A stretch of DNA of 64,000 nt, taken from Leptospira biflexa (GTDB lineage Bacteria; Spirochaetota; Leptospiria; Turneriellales; DYLW01). The notes below the pieces were generated by a model that had not been told where the DNA came from, ran no database searches, and was given only the letters and a program-made list of their open reading frames with translations. The DNA lies in the NCBI GenBank assembly GCA_020720785.1, contig DYOA01000009.1, positions 844 through 64,843 of the forward strand, read 5' to 3'. Of this stretch, positions 59,501-64,000 are shown in pieces. How positions within the stretch are numbered: the first letter of the stretch is position 1; every line of letters begins with the position of its first letter. Made by a program: the position numbers and the translations under genes.

Positions 59501-61057
59501 ATGAAAGTAGGAAAAACAATAGCATCCACAGTATATGGATACCGGGCAGTTCCCGTGCAGGTAGAGGCCGATAACCTGAGCGGAAACTTTGGAATACAAA
59601 TTGTCGGTCTTCCGGATCACACCGGAAGAGAAGCAAAAGAGAGGATACGATCCGCCATTATGAATTCAGGGTTTGAGTTTCCGCCATTTTTTAATATCAT
59701 CAATCTCTCCCCCAATGATCTTCCCAAAGAAGGGGCACTTCTGGAGATGGCGGCGGCAGCGGCTCTTCTGGTGGCATCCGGGCAGCTTCCCCAGGAATTT
59801 TTTGAAGATAAAATGATTCTGGGCTCCCTGTCTCTGGATGGTTCCGTCCATCCCGCCCGTGGGATTATGGCATCCGCCATATTGTCCATGCAGATGGAGA
59901 ATATCCATTCTGTCATCCTCCCATCGGCCAGTCTGGAAGAAGTGGCAGCCATTCCCGGTCTCAAGGTGTATCCGGTGCGTTCTCTCTCTGATCTGGAAAC
60001 GATTATCCGGGAGGATCTCCGGCCGGTTACCAACATCCCGTTCGATGTGCCGGCACGGGAAGTGGTCACGGATATGAGCGAAATTACAGGACAGGAAAAG
60101 GCAAAAAACGCACTGGCGTATTCTGCTATTGGTTATCACCATGTTCTGATGATTGGATCTCCGGGAACCGGTAAAAGCATGATGGCCCGTGCCATGGCAG
60201 GGATTCTGCCACCACTCACTCTGGAAGAATCCCTGGAGGTGACGGCGATCCATTCTCTGGCCGGATTGAGCCGGAACCGCCTGGTCCAGCATCCTCCGGT
60301 GCGTTCTCCCCACCACACCAGCTCTGATATCGCTCTGGTGGGGGGAGGCAGTTCACCTTCTCCGGGAGAGGTTTCCTTATCCCACCGGGGAGTGCTGTTC
60401 CTGGATGAGCTGTCTGAATTTAAAAATTCAACGCTCCAGACGCTGCGGGAACCCATGGAAGAGGAGAAAATCACCATTTCCCGTGCGAAGGCCGTGGCCA
60501 CGTTTCCGGCCAATTTTATTCTGCTGGGAGCCATGAATCCCTGTGCGTGTGGTTACCTTTTATCCCAGAAAAATTATTGCCACTGCAAGCCGGCATCCAT
60601 CCAGAGGATTTACCAGAAAATACAGGGCCCTTTTCTGGACAGAATCGCGATGGAAGTGGAAACGGAGGAAAACTATGAATGGGAAAACAATGTATTACTG
60701 CGTCCGGAGACGGATTCCCGGTGGTGGATGGATAAAATTAAAGAAGCAAGGTTACGGATGATGGCACGGAATAAAGATGGAAAAAAGAATAAAAATCTTT
60801 CCAGTGAAGATATTCATTTTTGGTTGAATCAATGGACACAGAGCAGGGTTCTCCCCCATTCTGTCCATTCTCTGATCCGGGAGCTTTCTTTGAAGAACAA
60901 ACTGAGCCACCGGGGATGGACAAATACACTGCGGTTGAGCTTCAGCATAATGGATTTTCAGGAAAAGGACTACATAAGTGAGGACATTCTCCTGGAGGCT
61001 TTCTCCTACCGCCGGATAAACCATATAACTGCCCTTCTCTCCAAGTTTGCGGCATAG
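59501..61057 (+). CDS. comM: YifB/ComM Mg-chelatase-like AAA+ ATPase
   Basis: IVGLPD...EAKERIRSA, GSPGTGKS, RSPHHTSS, PGEVSLSHRGVLFLDE, MNPCACG. Confidence 0.92.
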   Translation: MKVGKTIASTVYGYRAVPVQVEADNLSGNFGIQIVGLPDHTGREAKERIRSAIMNSGFEFPPFFNIINLSPNDLPKEGALLEMAAAAALLVASGQLPQEFFEDKMILGSLSLDGSVHPARGIMASAILSMQMENIHSVILPSASLEEVAAIPGLKVYPVRSLSDLETIIREDLRPVTNIPFDVPAREVVTDMSEITGQEKAKNALAYSAIGYHHVLMIGSPGTGKSMMARAMAGILPPLTLEESLEVTAIHSLAGLSRNRLVQHPPVRSPHHTSSDIALVGGGSSPSPGEVSLSHRGVLFLDELSEFKNSTLQTLREPMEEEKITISRAKAVATFPANFILLGAMNPCACGYLLSQKNYCHCKPASIQRIYQKIQGPFLDRIAMEVETEENYEWENNVLLRPETDSRWWMDKIKEARLRMMARNKDGKKNKNLSSEDIHFWLNQWTQSRVLPHSVHSLIRELSLKNKLSHRGWTNTLRLSFSIMDFQEKDYISEDILLEAFSYRRINHITALLSKFAA

Positions 61058-61060
61058 GGT

Positions 61061-61246
61061 TCACTTGGTGAGAAAATGGGTCAGTTCGGCGGCAATTTTG
61101 TCGATGGCAAAAGCCACATACTGAGGATCACGGATCCTTTTCTGGTATTCGTTGATTTTTTCTCTGTGGGTGGAGTAATCCCGTAAACCCAGTTCGGTTA
61201 CTTTGGGAACGCTCCGCCTTCCTTTGTTTGCTAGTCTTCTGGCCAT
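61061..61246 (-). CDS. Small protein (61 aa), C-terminus resembling the FlgM anti-sigma28 helix
   Basis: SD AAGGAAG; KINEYQKRIRDPQYVAFAIDKIAAEL. Confidence 0.68.
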   Translation of the reverse strand: MARRLANKGRRSVPKVTELGLRDYSTHREKINEYQKRIRDPQYVAFAIDKIAAELTHFLTK

Positions 61247-61247
61247 T

Positions 61248-61367
61248 GTTACTTCCTTGTAACTTTATTTCCCGGCCTTCCCTGGCCGGAATCGGTAATA
61301 AAACTATTTAACTTTAATATTTCATTCCAATTATTACTATCATTCGGCCAGATATGAAAATTATTGA
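61248..61367 (-). promoter_or_regulatory. Two sigma28-like promoters and two GGA-loop hairpins upstream of the small ORF
   Basis: Minus strand: TCAA-N15-GCCGAATG (61367-61341), TAAA-N16-ACCGATTC (61316-61289); hairpins CCGGCC-AGGGAA-GGCCGG and GTTAC-AAGGAA-GTAAC. Confidence 0.55.
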
Positions 61368-61419
61368 TCTATTTTTAAAAAAATCTGGTTTTTTCTTATT
61401 TTTTCCATATATTGAAAAC

Positions 61420-62016
61420 ATGGCTGTATTGAAGATCAGGACGATTCCGGATCCTGTTTTATATAAAAAAAGTGCCCCAGTGACGGAATTTGACAAGAAA
61501 CTACGGGATTTGGTGCGGGATTTGTTTGATACCATGTATGCGGAAAGCGGTGTGGGGCTGGCGGCCGTCCAGGTGGGCATATTAACGGCGGTCATTGTCA
61601 TCGACCTGGAAAAAATGGGTCATCAGAAAGGCGTGTTTGTGAATCCGGAGCTTGTGGAAGCATCCACAGAGATGGTGATCCAGGAGGAAGGCTGTCTTTC
61701 TGTCCCCGGACTCAGTGCCAATCTGGAAAGACCCCGGCGGGTGAAAGTGCGGTTTCAGGATGTCTTTGGGAATGAGAAATTTCTGGAAGGGGAAAATATT
61801 ATGGCCCGTGCCCTGGTGCATGAAATGGATCACCTCAAAGGGGAAGTTTTCATAGATAAACTCACTCCGGAAGTACGCCATACGGTGGAAGAGGACATTG
61901 AAAGAATAAAGAGAGGGTTAACACCCCGGAATTCATCCGAGCCGGAATACCGGAAAAAAGTCCGCCGCAGGAATCCTAATCCCGGACGCTCAACACCACA
62001 GCAAGTACGTCCATGA
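61420..62016 (+). CDS. def: Peptide deformylase
   Basis: GVGLAAVQ, EGCLS, HEMDH. Confidence 0.96.
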   Translation: MAVLKIRTIPDPVLYKKSAPVTEFDKKLRDLVRDLFDTMYAESGVGLAAVQVGILTAVIVIDLEKMGHQKGVFVNPELVEASTEMVIQEEGCLSVPGLSANLERPRRVKVRFQDVFGNEKFLEGENIMARALVHEMDHLKGEVFIDKLTPEVRHTVEEDIERIKRGLTPRNSSEPEYRKKVRRRNPNPGRSTPQQVRP

Positions 62017-62269
62017 GCTCACCGGAAAGCAGGGCAAGTTTTTCATCGGAATAAAAGCTTTGTTTCTCTGAGCTGAATTGAGTGAGTTTCTGGTGGACAT
62101 CAGAAAATTTCTTTCTGGCTTCCACCGGCAAATCCACTGCCCGGATTTTCAGCATGAGAGGAAGCGTCTCCTTTATCCGGTCATAAAGTCCGGAATTTCC
62201 GCAGGCCAGAGCTTTGGCTGCCTGGAATATTTTCTCCTGAGCGTACGTCATTAACCGTAATACATTCAC
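61976..62269 (-). CDS. Small hypothetical protein
   Basis: 97-aa helical ORF (YAQEKIFQAAKALA...DLP) adjacent to the IS remnant. Confidence 0.5.
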   Translation of the reverse strand: MNVLRLMTYAQEKIFQAAKALACGNSGLYDRIKETLPLMLKIRAVDLPVEARKKFSDVHQKLTQFSSEKQSFYSDEKLALLSGELMDVLAVVLSVRD

Positions 62270-62280
62270 GAAATATGCGG

Positions 62281-62441
62281 TTAAGCTTTTTTTGCGGTCA
62301 TAAACCAGGGAAGCCTATCTTCATAGGTTAGCTGCTGGTGGGCCATAGTTCCTCCTCTTTTTGGGTTGGGGAACTTCAAAGGAAGAGAAGGTCTGCCTGC
62401 GGTCAACCTTTCATTTGTTGCACTTGCTACTTGAATTCAGC
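62281..62441 (-). mobile_element. Truncated IS30-family left end (inverted repeat + leader + first transposase codons)
   Basis: TGTTGCACTTGCTACTTGAATTCAG (62416-62440) resembles IS30-family termini; AGGAGG-ATG at 62346 gives MAHQQLTYEDR..., like IS30 transposase N-termini, stopping after 21 aa. Confidence 0.58.
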
Positions 62442-62624
62442 TATCATAATAACCCCCGAAGCGAGAGGCTATGCGAACCCATTTATCCGTATAGCCATTT
62501 TTAGGATGCTTTCTTTCTGTGGATGCAATTGCATTTCCTGTGTCATCCGGAAAAAAGATTGCCCGGAGGCGTTCTTCCATAGCGTATTCATCAGCGGGAT
62601 TGTTGTGTGGACTCAAAAAGAGAT

Positions 62625-62709
<85 letters not shown>

Positions 62710-62786
62710 GCATTGGCAATTTTTCCTTTTGATCTGCCGTGTAAAGAAATTTCTTGACACCCTCCACCCGGCTTTTTGTATCCTTT

Positions 62787-63659
62787 ATGCCATGGACAAA
62801 CTACCATACCCACTCCCATTTCAGTGATGGCTCATCGGCCCCGGAAGATTATGTGATATCCGCCATGGAAAAAGGGTTTCCTGCCCTGGGTTTTTCCGAG
62901 CATTCCCCCGTCCCGTTTGAGAATTCCTGGAGCTGCCAGCCGGACAGTGCACCGGAATATCTGGCAGAAATACAACGCCTCAAAGAAACATACGCCGGTC
63001 GCATACAGATTTATATGGGGCTGGAACAGGATTACATCCCCTTTGTCACCCGGGATTTTGATGAGCTGACGAAGGAATGCGGCCTGGAATATTGCATCGG
63101 CTCTGTCCATTTTGCCCGCAACCCAAAAAACCAGAAATTGTGGTTCATTGACGGTCCCCGGAGTGTTTTTATTGATGGAATTGCGGATATCTTTGGGGGG
63201 AATCTGGAAGAGGGAATTTTCATGTATTATAACCAGATCAATCTCATGATCCATTCCCAGAAGCCGGATGTGATTGGGCATTTGGATAAAGTGAAAATGC
63301 ACAACAAAGGGGATCTTTTCCAGGAGACCGATGAGTTCTATCGGAAAGCCGTTTTCCGCACGCTGGATGTGGTGAAAAGGGAGCATTCCATTGTGGAGGT
63401 GAACACCCGTGGATGGTACACAGGCAAAGCGGAGGATTGGTATCCATCGGACTGGATTTTGGAGGAAATGTTCCAGAGAAAAATCCCCATCACGCTATCC
63501 TCAGACGCACATGATCCTTCCAATCTGGATTCCGGATTTCCGGAGGTGGCCAGGGTGCTTCTGGATATTGGCTACCGGGAAGTGCGGATTTTCTATGACC
63601 GGAAATGGCAACCGGCGGAACTAACCGGCGATGGAATTATTCTTCCGCAATCCGGATGA
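62787..63659 (+). CDS. hisJ: PHP-family histidinol-phosphatase (HisJ type)
   Basis: NYHTHSHFSDG, GFSEHSP, GLEQD, IGSVH, GHLD, EVNT, SSDAH. Confidence 0.85.
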   Translation: MPWTNYHTHSHFSDGSSAPEDYVISAMEKGFPALGFSEHSPVPFENSWSCQPDSAPEYLAEIQRLKETYAGRIQIYMGLEQDYIPFVTRDFDELTKECGLEYCIGSVHFARNPKNQKLWFIDGPRSVFIDGIADIFGGNLEEGIFMYYNQINLMIHSQKPDVIGHLDKVKMHNKGDLFQETDEFYRKAVFRTLDVVKREHSIVEVNTRGWYTGKAEDWYPSDWILEEMFQRKIPITLSSDAHDPSNLDSGFPEVARVLLDIGYREVRIFYDRKWQPAELTGDGIILPQSG

Positions 63660-63739
63660 GATACCGGTTTCATTTCTTTGTAGCATTTAATCAGTAAATA
63701 ATCTTCTTGACGACGCCCACGGTTTCTGTTTCGTTAAAC

Positions 63740-64000
63740 ATGAAATCATTTTTGCGGATGATGAAAAAAATATTGATTTTTCTGGGAAGTCTGGTTCTCC
63801 TTTTTATTGCCGGATGGTATATTTATCATGGAATCTATATCCAGCATATCAAATTTCCGCTGAAAACCGGGACCATTACTGCCGGTGTGACCAATGTATC
63901 CTCCGGGACAATCTCCCTGAAATCATATAATGTCATCTGGGATCAGGAGGCTCTTACTCTCAGAGTAACGGATAAAAACTCCGGAGTTTTATTGAATACC
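63740..64000 (+). CDS. Membrane-anchored/exported protein, 5' part only
   Basis: Open frame MKSFLRMMKKILIFLGSLVLLFIAGWYIYHG... to the window end. Confidence 0.6.
   Translation, partial: MKSFLRMMKKILIFLGSLVLLFIAGWYIYHGIYIQHIKFPLKTGTITAGVTNVSSGTISLKSYNVIWDQEALTLRVTDKNSGVLLNT

Noticed and set aside
62290..62500. Possible 6S RNA or riboswitch
   Set aside because: Could not fold a long rod or find a conserved motif; an IS30 end remnant fits better

Overview
Gene-dense bacterial chromosome segment, most consistent with an uncultured Leptospirales-like spirochaete. Evidence for this is the Leptospira-type T2SS-associated lipoprotein, DUF2225, membrane PP2C-TPR protein, STAS proteins, fliOPQR and lpxA; the assignment comes from family recognition, not a database search. 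Most of the window is housekeeping: recO-like/CBS/ybeY, cobB, oligopeptidase A, lolA-rodZ-rimO-pgsA-pgpA, fliOPQR, rsfS/LCP/yqeK, lexA, PBP1A, pyrD, rpmF, hisG, RNase Z-like, cheW, ribD, pfkA, pyrF, dinG, comM, def, hisJ and four tRNAs. I found no large island, prophage, true CRISPR array or cas genes. The best leads are: (1) a 61-aa FlgM-like ORF with tandem sigma28-like promoters and two GGA-loop (CsrA-type) hairpins; (2) lexA with a basic N-terminal extension, translationally coupled to a phosphopentomutase homologue that lacks several catalytic residues; (3) a solo AAA_14/DUF4143 ATPase-nuclease preceded by two 30-bp palindromic repeats 36 bp apart; (4) apparent strong over-representation of TCCGGA; (5) an orphan hypF plus PAS kinase beside a Fur-type box; (6) a probable CTG start for pyrF; (7) an IS30 end remnant downstream of tRNA-Leu.
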